Positions 51,701 to 59,525 of a DNA stretch of 64,000 bases are shown in pieces (position 1 is the stretch's first letter; each line of letters starts with the position of its first letter). The position numbers were made by a program, and so were the translations under genes. This DNA comes from Asterias rubens. Lineage: Eukaryota. The stretch is from assembly GCF_902459465.1 (NCBI RefSeq), contig NC_047062.1:5704001-5768000 (forward strand), in the 5' to 3' direction. The notes beneath the pieces are model-generated. The model made no database searches. It was not told the DNA's origin and saw only the letters and a list, made by a program, of their open reading frames with translations.

Positions 51701-53491
51701 AAAAAATTAGTTTTTCTTTTATATATTTCACATAAAAAGCAAGTCAATCTTGGTTTATTTTTACCTCTTTGCTGGCATAACAACTATACTTTAAGCCATA
51801 AAGCAATGACCTTGCTTCATGTTTAAGCTGATGTCCTAGATGACACCATGGAGGACACGAAGTGCCCCGCAGGCATACATCTAAAATGGGTTAAGCAATC
51901 ATTAACCACACGATATTACGTAATACATGGCTTCACCATTCATACGTCTTTATGTAACATCCTGAACCTGGTCGGGGATAAATGACCTTTTATTTGTTCC
52001 TCAAACATAACGGTACACAAAACACATCACACAAGACAATGGGGTTTGACCATGGAGAAAGGACAATGGGGTTGACCATAGAGAAAGGACCACGGTTGAC
52101 CATGAAACGTTGTCAATGAAGAAACACTTCACCGTTTATACATTTGGAACTCTCCGCCAGTAAAATAACTGTGAAAGATAATGACGACAAAATATAAAAT
52201 CTGCACTCTTTATAATTGCACAAATTATACATTTGACGGAATGAAGAATAAATAGGGTCGGGTGGGAAATAAGTGGGAACCCTTGGCGTATGTGTACCGT
52301 GTGCATAGAGTAGGGTTTAAAGTTTGGATGTTGGGAATACAATATTATTATTATTATTTATTCGGCCAAGATTTCAACAAACAGTACAAGATACAATATT
52401 GAAATATAAATACAGAAATATAACAGTATAAGACCATGTACATTAGTTGAATTGTGAATGGAGAAAGTTTGATGTAAAACCATGTGCACGAGTAGGATAT
52501 GAAACTTTGCACGGTGGAGATACAAATAAAATCTAGTAAGGTTTAATAGGCCTTCATATTAAAAAGCAGTATTTTGTATATAATTTCAAGTAGGCAAAAG
52601 GTCAAGTTAATGGTGTAGCGCAATGCAGCAAGATACATTGCTGTCCTATAACGTATAAATAAATAAACACTTCTCGGAGTGGCAGGGAAGTCTCTGTATT
52701 TATTTGCCTTCAGTGTGTCATGTGTAAACAAGTGCTCTATCTCTATACAAAAATAAGGAACTTCCAATAAATGAATAAATATCTCTTGACCCACTAGCTA
52801 CTATTCAAATACATACACTGTAAAGAACTCTTTAACAACAGCCCAAAGTAATTGAAACGTTTTCAGAACATTAAAGACACTATTGGTAGTTGTACTAAAA
52901 TACCAGTCTTCACAGTTAGAGTTGGTGTATCTCAACATGCATAACATAACAGACCGAGAACTCAAATTCTAAATCTGAGGTCTCGAAACCAAATTCATGG
53001 AAAATTACTTCTTTCTCGAAAACTACGCCACTTCAGAGGGAGCCGTTTCTCACAATGTTTATACCATCAACCTCTCCCCATTACTCGTTACCGAGAAAGG
53101 TTTTATGCTAATAATTATTTTGAGAAATTACCAAAAGTGTCCACTGCCTTTAATGTTGGCCGACTGACAGCTGCATTTATATGAGGCGTGTCTAACTTCA
53201 ATAACCTACGGAAAATGTGAAATAAACGCGGTTCCATAATCCACTCATAGGAAATTGATACTAGTTATGCCCCTCGTCGTGTAAAGTGACACTTCAGATA
53301 CCCCCATCAGAACTTCAAAAGGCCGCCCAATTGATTTGGCATAAGCTGCACACGGTCCTAAACTTTCATTTCGAAACACACTCACCTGGTTTAAAGTTAT
53401 TCCCCAGCCAGGATAGTCCAGCCGATAAGCAGAATATCACAGTAATGAACAACACTCTCCGTCCCATAAAAAGTCCCCTTGTACGCCTCAT
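6577..53491 (-). CDS. SLC24A3/4: K+-dependent Na+/Ca2+ exchanger (SLC24/NCKX family, NCKX3/4-like), 18 coding exons, 623 aa
   Basis: Manual spliced join: 53491-53386, 37054-36884, 28354-28278, 27809-27735, 24972-24888, 23891-23788, 22436-22336, 21092-21039, 18897-18782, 16812-16728, 15586-15490, 14152-14037, 13019-12943, 11792-11705, 10040-9847, 9232-9120, 7368-7303, 6723-6577. All introns are GT-AG, phases match and the total is 1872 nt. Motifs: alpha-1 [15 protein letters not shown], alpha-2 [29 protein letters not shown], and the NCKX3/4-type loop motif [21 protein letters not shown]. The A3 versus A4 assignment needs a phylogeny. Confidence 0.95.
7303..7368 (-). CDS. SLC24A3/4: NCKX coding exon 17
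   Basis: tttctacag| [22 protein letters not shown] |gtaagt. Confidence 0.96.
8265..8613 (-). mobile_element. MITE family A copy (inverted, internal deletions)
   Basis: TTAA|AGACACTGAACACTG...GTGTCCACTGCCT|TTAA. Confidence 0.85.
8671..8805. mobile_element. MITE-like element with ACCCCTATGTTCC TIR and central TTAGGGTTAGG
   Basis: acccctatgttcc...ggaacataggggt inverted ends. Confidence 0.65.
8917..9000. mobile_element. Partial copy of palindromic TTAGGAC family
   Basis: gtcgatttcacaaagagttaggact...ctcgtcctaacttaggattaatc. Confidence 0.7.
9120..9232 (-). CDS. SLC24A3/4: NCKX coding exon 16
   Basis: tttatag| [38 protein letters not shown] |gtaagt. Confidence 0.97.
9526..9570 (+). ncRNA. Degenerate minimal type-I hammerhead ribozyme motif (Penelope-like remnant)
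   Basis: GTCTC-CTGATGA-TGACTAG...CATAATC-AAAAC-ATT-GAGAC: stem I and the CUGAUGA core are intact; GAAA and GUH are mutated. Confidence 0.55.
9847..10040 (-). CDS. SLC24A3/4: NCKX coding exon 15 (alpha-2 repeat)
   Basis: gtttgtttag| [64 protein letters not shown] |gtaata. Confidence 0.97.
10599..11419. repeat. Intronic minisatellite, 51-bp unit, 16 copies
   Basis: Unit TAATGCACTATGAGCGATTAGAGTCTACACCAACGCTATATCAATGGTCAT counted 16 times; near-identical units with no spacers. Confidence 0.97.
11705..11792 (-). CDS. SLC24A3/4: NCKX coding exon 14
   Basis: ttattccag| (D)[28 protein letters not shown](R) |gtataa. Confidence 0.95.
11856..12027. mobile_element. Palindromic TTAGGAC family copy
   Basis: ctgccgtcgatttcacc...gtgaaatcggctgc; close to 55826-55988. 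Confidence 0.75.
12166..12290 (+). mobile_element. tRNA-derived SINE fragment
   Basis: B-box GGTTCGAATCCCG followed by gcatgtggattgggttttcag SINE-body-like sequence. Confidence 0.55.
12453..12514 (-). mobile_element. L2/CR1-type LINE 3' tail
   Basis: Minus strand reads gcgctttgtaacc...ggcgctatataaat followed by (TAT)n; a similar tail lies near 21105-21175. Confidence 0.5.
12943..13019 (-). CDS. SLC24A3/4: NCKX coding exon 13 (acidic loop end)
   Basis: ttttgtacag| [25 protein letters not shown] |gtaagt. Confidence 0.9.
13350..13430 (+). mobile_element. Degenerate copy of the 18262-18582 tRNA-containing repeat
   Basis: agaatgcaagggtcatgggtttgaatcctatctgagtaac...ggactcaaaaagtactg aligns to 18450-18533. 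Confidence 0.65.
13731..13972 (-). mobile_element. Truncated MITE, family A-related
   Basis: tttggtaattgtcaaagacc...ctcacttggtgtatc...ctttctcaaaaactatgttacttc. Confidence 0.7.
14037..14152 (-). CDS. SLC24A3/4: NCKX coding exon 12 (loop)
   Basis: ttcaaaacag| [38 protein letters not shown](S) |gtatgt. Confidence 0.88.
14770..15010. repeat. Region with about 10 AGAGTG/CACTCT motifs in both orientations (DNA-transposon subterminal-repeat-like)
   Basis: Repeated aagagtga / tcactct motifs; the superfamily (EnSpm/CACTA-like) is a guess. Confidence 0.4.
15490..15586 (-). CDS. SLC24A3/4: NCKX coding exon 11 (conserved NCKX3/4 loop motif)
   Basis: cctatag| (R)[32 protein letters not shown] |gtcagt. 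Confidence 0.94.
16561..16736. repeat. Triplicated ~58-bp unit containing the exon 10 donor
   Basis: Three copies of ttaaca...atacctcttt. Confidence 0.85.
16728..16812 (-). CDS. SLC24A3/4: NCKX coding exon 10 (loop)
   Basis: ttttttctgttcag| (V)[27 protein letters not shown](R) |gtatgg. Confidence 0.88.
17073..17229. mobile_element. Short TIR element (CCAGGGGCCAATTTC family)
   Basis: ccaggggccaatttc...gaaatcagcccctgg. Confidence 0.65.
18262..18582 (+). mobile_element. Terminally redundant tRNA-containing (SINE-like) insertion with 12-bp TSD
   Basis: About 60-bp direct repeats at 18262 and 18523; A-box TAGTCTAGTTGG; T-arm GTGGGTTCGAATCCCAC; flanked by TATGTTTATATA at 18250-18261 and 18583-18594. 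Confidence 0.85.
18782..18897 (-). CDS. SLC24A3/4: NCKX coding exon 9 (start of cytoplasmic loop)
   Basis: ggtttag| [38 protein letters not shown] |gtaagt; phases fit both neighbours. Confidence 0.92.
21039..21092 (-). CDS. SLC24A3/4: NCKX coding exon 8
   Basis: gatgcag| (W)[17 protein letters not shown](W) |gtaagt. Confidence 0.95.
22336..22436 (-). CDS. SLC24A3/4: NCKX coding exon 7
   Basis: ttttcag| [33 protein letters not shown](W) |gttagt. Confidence 0.96.
23102..23511. mobile_element. TTAA-flanked MITE family D (related to family B), one end degenerate
   Basis: TTAA|AGGGTCTATGTACTTTTT...tgtaaatctgtggacattttgaaaaagtac; shares cacagatttaca...cttcccttga with family B. Confidence 0.7.
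23788..23891 (-). CDS. SLC24A3/4: NCKX coding exon 6
   Basis: tttgcag| [35 protein letters not shown] |gtaaat. Confidence 0.97.
24147..24510 (-). mobile_element. MITE family B copy
   Basis: TTAA|AGCCATTGGACCCTTTC...GAAAGTGTATAATGGCT|TTAA. Confidence 0.87.
24888..24972 (-). CDS. SLC24A3/4: NCKX coding exon 5 (alpha-1 repeat)
   Basis: ttacacag| [28 protein letters not shown] |gtaagg. Confidence 0.97.
25150..25504 (-). mobile_element. MITE family A-related copy
   Basis: tggacacctttggtaattgtcaaa...cagtgcct|TTAA. Confidence 0.75.
26158..26171. promoter_or_regulatory. RFX X-box-like motif in intron 4
   Basis: GTTGCTATGGTAAC matches the X-box consensus GTNRYY-AT-RGYAAC. Confidence 0.4.
27038..27360. 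mobile_element. Fold-back (fully palindromic) MITE copy
   Basis: Central ggccattttatggagtcaaaaacttgactccacaaaatgg; arms homologous to 48888-49266. Confidence 0.75.
27735..27809 (-). CDS. SLC24A3/4: NCKX coding exon 4
   Basis: gttcag| [25 protein letters not shown] |gtaagg. Confidence 0.97.
28278..28354 (-). CDS. SLC24A3/4: NCKX coding exon 3
   Basis: ctctttacag| (T)[25 protein letters not shown] |gtgagt. Confidence 0.95.
29187..29651 (+). mobile_element. Non-autonomous element with internal inverted repeats and long terminal hairpin (Crypton- or Helentron-like)
   Basis: ttttataacacccc...ggggtgttataaaa, then a ~165-bp hairpin; second copy at 49518-49978. Confidence 0.7.
33805..33930 (+). 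mobile_element. Degenerate tRNA-derived SINE-like fragment
   Basis: B-box-like GGGTTCGAGTCCCG with an upstream A-box-like tagtgcttctc. Confidence 0.35.
35537..35674. mobile_element. Palindromic TTAGGAC family copy
   Basis: gggtggatttaacaaagagtt...aactctttgtaaaatcggccccag; close to 3844-3967. Confidence 0.75.
36272..36475. mobile_element. Old diverged partial copy of the fold-back MITE
   Basis: TTAA|AGGGACACGTTG...tgactcaacaaaatggcagacc. Confidence 0.5.
36884..37054 (-). CDS. SLC24A3/4: NCKX coding exon 2 (extracellular N-terminal region)
   Basis: Acceptor ttcctcacag| with a CTAAC branch-like motif upstream. Encodes GEAEQNLD...[17 protein letters not shown] with the NCT motif typical of NCKX. 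Donor |GTACGT, phase 1. Confidence 0.85.
40875..41233 (-). mobile_element. MITE family A-related copy
   Basis: aggcactggatacatttggtaatt...taccagtagtgtccagtgcct|TTAA. Confidence 0.82.
43485..43842 (-). mobile_element. MITE family A copy
   Basis: TTAA|agatatggacactattggtaa...taccaatagtgtccacactgcc|TTAA. Confidence 0.83.
44419..44797 (-). mobile_element. MITE family A copy
   Basis: TTAA|AGGCATTGGACACTATTGG...caatagtgtccactgcct|TTAA. Confidence 0.88.
46665..46821. mobile_element. Short TIR element (GGGCCCAATTTCA family)
   Basis: cagggcccaatttcacagagctgc...ctctatgaaattagcc; homologous to 1360-1531. Confidence 0.75.
47291..47669 (-). mobile_element. MITE family A copy
   Basis: TTAA at both ends; the body matches family A. 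Confidence 0.87.
48888..49266. mobile_element. Fold-back MITE, ~380-bp hairpin with ~190-bp arms
   Basis: Axis at 49077 (GGGAGTCAA-T-TTGACTCCC); the arms stay complementary out to ggcaacgtgttcct|TTAA. Confidence 0.88.
49518..49978 (+). mobile_element. Second copy of the Crypton/Helentron-like element
   Basis: ttttataacac...ggggtgttataaaa, then a 137-bp near-perfect hairpin caaatattgactgc...gcagtcaatatttg. Confidence 0.75.
50206..50560 (-). mobile_element. Diverged MITE family A-related copy
   Basis: tttggtaa...ctcaccttggtgtc...ttccagtacct|TTAA. Confidence 0.7.
50780..51157 (+). mobile_element. MITE family A copy
   Basis: aggcagtggacactattgg...ccaatagtgtccaatggct|TTAA. Confidence 0.87.
51591..51641 (-). 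ncRNA. Minimal type-I hammerhead ribozyme-like motif on the NCKX sense strand
   Basis: Minus strand: CGTCT-tctctt-CTGAAGA-C-ACGCAG-ATTACA-TTGCAT-GAAAC-GTC-TAGACG. Confidence 0.5.
52034..52105. repeat. Short tandem repeat, ~28-bp unit, 2.5-3 copies
   Basis: gacaatggggt(t)tgaccat(g/a)gagaaag repeated. Confidence 0.7.
52875..53149 (-). mobile_element. MITE family A copy with internal deletion
   Basis: TTAA|agacactattggtag...aaaagtgtccactgcct|TTAA. Confidence 0.82.
53386..53491 (-). CDS. SLC24A3/4: NCKX coding exon 1 (start, signal peptide/TM0)
   Basis: [35 protein letters not shown]: basic then hydrophobic. In-frame TAA two codons upstream of the ATG. Donor CAG|GTGAGT, phase 1, matching exon 2. 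Confidence 0.8.
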
Positions 53492-54099
53492 TATTCCTTA
53501 CTCAAAAAGGGTCCAGCCAAGAAAGAGAAATGGGCAGAACTATCACTCAAAAAGCACAATGTCGGTTGGAGGAATTTTATTGTTTTGGTAATTCCCCTAC
53601 AGACGTCGCGGGTAACCACCAGAACAAGAAGGCGGGCTGTCCAACGTGTTGTCCCCGCACGACGACACTGCTCCTCGGCAAACGCAAGCAATAAACAACC
53701 CTGTCGGCACAAAATCCTGCTATGGGGAGATACGAAGCAACACTGTGCGTTCCATGGTCTGAGATTACAAAATGCACCTTTCCGAGTTATATTCCCAGTC
53801 ACGAAATGAACAAGGAATGTATATTAGAGACTTCAGGGAGGGGAATCAAATCATGAAATCCAAGTCAGAAATGCATTCCACGGGATACTCTAATATTGCG
53901 AGGAACGTGTGCAGGACATGTCAAGCACATAATACACTGCTCCATGCACACGGCTCAGAGCTGGACGTTTAGAAGTGTGTGCAGAGAGAGTTGAGAAACA
54001 CGCATGCAGATAAACACCAAGCAGACGATCTGCGCGTGAATGAATACAATGCACTTGTCCCGGGTCCGCAACATGCAGGGTTTTTTTTTAACAACAAGA

Positions 54100-54220
54100 G
54101 TCAGAGTCAGCTGAGAAATAACCCGCAGCCAATTGAATGACCGGAATCGGTTTCCCATGGTGACGTGAACCCTGGGATATGACGTCAATCGGGGCACACG
54201 CGTTATTTATAGGCACACAA
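54100..54220 (-). promoter_or_regulatory. Putative NCKX promoter motif cluster
   Basis: About 650-720 nt upstream of the ATG in CpG-richer DNA: CCAAT 54129-54133, X-box-like GTCACCATGGGAAAC 54164-54150, TGACGTGA 54161-54168, perfect CRE TGACGTCA 54180-54187, and TATAAATA on the minus strand near 54205-54212. The TSS cannot be determined. Confidence 0.5.
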
Positions 54221-54949
54221 TCCGTGTCGCTGTGCTCGAGTGAAACAAAGCTACACAGGCTTCTTTTTTTATCAGGAGCGTTACACCTTGAGTGACTAAG
54301 AAATGAAATGGAGGATACAGACTCGTGACCATTATGTATTTATGTTGACGTGAAATATTACTGATTAGTTTTCTTTCCACAATTACTAATTTCACAACTC
54401 TCCGTTCCAGGTACAACATCGGTAATTACCTTTACCTGTTCGAATAATGAAGCTGATACAGAGCTGCAAAAACTATAATGCAAACAGAACAGTGGAAAAC
54501 CTATTTTTAAATTTTCAGTGTGAACATATTATTTAAGCGCACAAGTTTTGATTCATATGTGCTGCAGTTATTTGTACGAATGTTTGTCGAGACATCTTTG
54601 TTCATCAGCTCCAATGTAATACAGTGGAACAATATAACATGCCGAATTCGAATAATAATAATGATACTGCTTCCGAGACGACCACTGTTTGAACTGTTCA
54701 CGTGAAGTGTAGTACTGAAATTTAGGTATGTTTTTCGAAATCTACCTCCAAACTTTTTGTTTGTAATGTGAGTTGATAGCGTTTAAAATGTCGACAGAGT
54801 AAGTAACTACACTTTCGTGTTTCCTGTCTTCACAAATTCCCTTTTTTTTCCTTTTTTTTCTTTTTCTTTTTTGTTACAGTAGTACATTACATTTATATTT
54901 GTATATACTGATGTTTCATAAACATTCTATGCTTTCCAAGTCCTGCCCG

Positions 54950-55030
54950 GGAGAAACACAGACCACACTTTCACTCGTCTGGAGTCGAACCCATGACCCC
55001 CACATTCCAGAGCGTGCCAATGCCTTTATT
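54950..55030 (-). mobile_element. tRNA-derived SINE head fragment
   Basis: Minus strand gggtcatgGGTTCGACTCCagacgagtg (B-box). Confidence 0.45.
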
Positions 55031-55825
55031 TAATCACTTAGAACACCAAGTGAGTACACAGTTACGACAGGCCAGTTAGAATCAATTAGCAGGGAAATGG
55101 CAAACAATGCATGCATCCAATCAATTAGCTCAGGCCTGATCTTCAATAGCCCGTGTTCACAACTGTATCTGTACGGCCTAATACTTTTATGAACAACTTT
55201 GTGCGTGCAAAATCACAACTGGATATCTCATTCAGTAAACATGTATTAAAGATCAGTAGGTCAAATTATGGCCCAGATTGAAAGAGTATTAGTATTGCGT
55301 GTGAATGTTTGTAACTTGTTAAATGTCAGTATGAGTTGCAACTTTGCATGTCGGCAAAACTTCACAATAATCACTGCGGATGGAAAAATCCCTCAAAACA
55401 CATTTCATACGAAGCGTGAATGAATAAAAAATAAACACTACACGACGTTCGTCAATTTCACACAATTATGAATCGAACCATAACAGCAATTATTTTCCTA
55501 TTTGCCTTATTGCAACTTTAATTTCTGTTGGATGTTTCTTTCCATATCCTTTCACCTCTGGGACTCGGTTCAAATCCTCCTCAAACCAAGGAGTAGAGAC
55601 AAAATTATAGGCTGTTAGGCCCTAAGGGAAACTTGGTTTAAAAATGTGGTTTGTTTTGTCCGTTTCAACAACTGCGTTTTGATTTGTGTGTGTTGCAACG
55701 CCAAATTATTGTATGAAATGGGATACATGAAAAAGGGTATAGAGCTATTTGAATTCCAGTAGTACCAATCGCTCAACGGCATCTTAAGACAGATTGACAT
55801 TTTATATCCCAAGACTGAAGGGTAC

Positions 55826-55988
55826 CAGCCGTCGATTTCACAAAACTCTTCCTAACTTAAGACTAATCTTAGGACTTAGGACGAGTCCCAACCCTGCACT
55901 GTAGCATGCAGACCTTTAGATTAATCTAAGTTTACTCGTCCTAACTCGAGATAAGACGAGTCCTAACATTTTGTGAAATCGACGGCAG
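55826..55988. mobile_element. Palindromic TTAGGAC family copy
   Basis: gccgtcgatttcacaaaa...ttttgtgaaatcgacggc. Confidence 0.8.
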
Positions 55989-56264
55989 TATCTTTAAATC
56001 AGCAGAACTTTTCGGATTTATTTTGTGTCACACACATGGCCAACATAGCTCTATGTGGCCTATGTGGTATTTGTTGATGTGTACGAGGTGATTATCCGAC
56101 CCTCGATTTGCACAAGACAACAAACTGCACGGGGCGGACCGAGGCATTGATGGGCCAAAAACTATTCAATCGTTATATGTTTGTTGAGTATTGAAGCCAT
56201 AGCCTATAAATAGCCATGAAGGGGCAGCCACCTTATATCAGAGTCTTTATGAAGAAGGACCTTT

Positions 56265-56309
56265 TTGCTCACTCGAGAAAGACTCTGCTGTGGTCGAAAC
56301 GTCGGGCAA
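56265..56309 (+). ncRNA. Hammerhead-like motif with variant core (Penelope-like 3' end remnant)
   Basis: TTGCTC-actcgagaaa-GAC-tctgctgtg-GTC-GAAAC-GTC-GGGCAA. Confidence 0.4.
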
Positions 56310-57902
56310 CTAACTTTGTTTTTGCTGTTGATGCGTTTATAGCATAATTCCTTAGGTTGGTATGCATCTTGCAATATTCTTTTTATTTTTAGTTTATAAT
56401 TGGTAACTTAACCGCAGACACTTGTTTTTCCCGCCAAAGATTAACTAATACCCCACATGGCTTGCTATACCAATTAATGATCACCAACAAACAGCACTAT
56501 ATTCAAAAATCAAACTATATGCGGATATTTTTTAAGAATATTCATTTACCGCGATTAATTTGGAGCGACAAATCTTAGTGACAAGACTATACAGGGGTTC
56601 AGGGATTAGTCGGGACAAGATAACTTAAACAAATCACAGATTTGTAAGTCCATTAATTCAGCCGTCGGAAATAATGACAAAGTCAGAGAAATAGCATTGA
56701 AGACGCCCGCCTCGTCACAATCAGAGCTACTTATTTCGATCTCCGCAATCGATATTAGGCAGAGATTGTGATAAGAACTATCCCTGGAGGACTTCTGTAA
56801 CGAGCACGGAGGGACGAGTCCGACTCGGGACACACGAGCTGCACCTTAATTTCTGACAACATTAATATATATTTTTTGTCTTCTTCACTAAAACGGGATG
56901 ACCTGACAAAAGTTCACAAGTTGGTTGTATTGTGTTTATTACAATGAATGTGAACAAATTGGCTCTCCTTATATTAAACCAATGATGTATCCTAGATGAA
57001 GATCACAGATTCCAAGAACATTGCCTGAAGCGAGCTTTCTGTTTTGAACACACGAGCAGTATCAAGTGCCTGTAATTTCCCAATGGAGTTTCCTATCTCC
57101 AATTATGCCATAACATAATGCATAGGCCTATACACAAGCTATTGGAAAACTTTAGTTTGAATGTGTGTATTTGTTTAGGTAATTTTGTTCAGAACTTGAC
57201 TTCGAAAAGGTAAGCTGTTTTCAGCTATAGATAGTCGACAATATTTTCACCTCAAAGAAGTCATTAGATTAGACTAGGCTTTGACGGGGAATATTTACGA
57301 TTTTAAACTGTAGGCATAAAATCACGAGAAGGTTTTGCATGCTGAAAACATTTTCCTAATTGTAAGGGGTGAATATCTTGTCCGTACTAACAGGTCAACA
57401 TTTTTGTTCAAAAATTTACTTTTCTTGGTGGAATGATTATCGGTACTGTAAATTTCATACAGCATTTTCTTTGGCCGACCATCAGAGATCCATTGCGTAG
57501 GCCTACATTGATTTTCACACAGTATTTCGATAAGACCACCTTCACCGCTTGAAAAGGAAAACATTAAATCGAAACAAGGAGTGCATTGAGTTTTCCTTAT
57601 AGATAAAGGATAATACCGTAGCCGGATACATCGATATCGATCAGCAATCACAACCACAGCCATCCCGTCGTCTCCCATAGAACCATGGACCTAGTGTAAA
57701 TGTCCATAATGTTTACCATCATGCTTGAACCATGGAGGTAGAACCATGGAGGAAGGAAGAGAAGGAGTTCGAACGACGAGACATAACCGCAGAGAAACAA
57801 AAGAACTACCTCCATGCTTGAAACCTCTCACCCATTTCTTCTCTCTCGATTGCAATTTGTCCGTTTCTGCTGACCATGTCCCATCTTTGCCTTCTTCATT
57901 TT

Positions 57903-57989
57903 GTGGGTTCGAATCCCACCGAGTAATATGCCTGCGATTTTTTTTTCCACAGCGCTCGGTTAAGGTACTGAGTATACAGTGATAACACC
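57903..57989 (+). mobile_element. Partial copy of the 18262-18582 tRNA-containing repeat
   Basis: gtgggttcgaatcccaccgagtaatatgcctg...gtactgagtatacagtgataacac. Confidence 0.75.
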
Positions 57990-59176
57990 AACTAATGAAC
58001 GCATACTCTGGCATAGAACCAAAAACGAATACCTCTACACTTCGATCATGAATATTATATGACCTCTTTAACAACAAGTTTATTCCCCCCTTGATGCGCA
58101 CCAATAGCCTATATCAATGTCGCCACAGCGGGTATTTGGAGAGTACTCGTGGCAGCTATTACCGTACATTTAGCACGTTACACAACCCATTGGCTAGGTT
58201 CAATAGTTTATCTTTGTTGTCAAGCACCTGTCTCTACTGGGTTCAATGTTTTCCATTGTGGACTAGAACATGAGACGTGGATCAATGCACGTTCAGCCAC
58301 AACATAAACAGTTCAAATAAACATACAATACATCCGAAAAGGTACTTTTCAATAAACAGCACTGACTGTCTTTGAATTGTTTTGTTTATCTTATAATTGA
58401 CAAACACATTCTATCTGGGGGGGGGGGGGGTATTTCTTAAGTCCAAAGGGCTTGCAGAAAATGTATAAATATATATCGTTTTGGTTTATCTGTTTTTATA
58501 TAAATTGAGCGGATCGATTATAGGCCTATGTGATGTAATAATTAAACAATAAAGTGGATTATTTAACAACACAATACCTCCTTCAAACTTTGTCAATTCT
58601 GTGATAGGGGACCAAATTAAACGAAGAATCGAATTTTCTTACTTTCTTTATGGATAACCACAGACCACTGTATAACAGGTAAAGAAAACTGATTTATCAT
58701 TGCCACCCGTGTCAGGGTTCGAAATTAGCGGTCACCCGATTACCAAATGCGAGTAAAAATAGCGTCGGGCGAGTCAAAATCCTTTCTCACTAGCCCGCCG
58801 GGCGAGTCAAATATTTGTTCCTTTTCACATATAAATGGGGGTTCAGTGGCAAAATCCCAAATAAAACTTTAACTAAAGCTTTTAAAATAGTAAGTTTGAC
58901 AATTCTAGATACTTGCTAGATTTAATTTGGTCGTGATCGGGATCTGAATTGCAGCGTTCATTTCAGAATACACGTTGTCGTACAATCATTGAAAACACGA
59001 TGCACAAACCACATGGTGCAGAGTATACAGTGGCCAGTCCATGCAGTACGGTGTGCTCATTGTCACACCGATTGTCATTGGGTACCCATTTATCCTGTCC
59101 TAGTGTCCACAAACAGGATATGGCTGTTCACTGAAGTGAAAGAATGACTATCCGGGATTTCCCCTTTCACTTTTAA

Positions 59177-59525
59177 AGGCAGTGGACACGTCTTATTCAA
59201 AATAAATGTTCGAATTTTTTTTACAAACTATCTTGGTAACGAGCAATGCGGGACTGTTGATATATCAACAATTGTGACAAACAGCTTCCTCTGAAGTGAC
59301 TTACTTTTCGAGAAAGAAGTAATTTTCCACGAATTTGATTTCGAGACCTCAGAAATAGATTTTGAGGTCCCGAAATCAAGCATCTGAAAACACACAACTT
59401 CGTGTGACAAGGGTGTTTTTCTTCCATTATTATCTCGCAACTTCGACGACCAATTGAGTTCAAATTTTCAGAGGTTTGTTATTTTGTGCATATGTTGAGA
59501 TACACCAAGTGCAGAATAGTCTTTG
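59177..59525 (+). mobile_element. MITE family A copy, right end truncated
   Basis: TTAA|AGGCAGTGGACAC... body matches family A. Confidence 0.82.

Noticed and set aside
53491-53802. 103-aa upstream ORF whose stop overlaps the NCKX start (TAATG coupling)
   Set aside because: It begins at GTG and has no internal Met. TAATG is common in AT-rich DNA.
54129-54187. MHC-II-like X1-X2-Y enhanceosome module
   Set aside because: The order and spacing of X-box, CRE and CCAAT do not match. It is reported only as a motif cluster.
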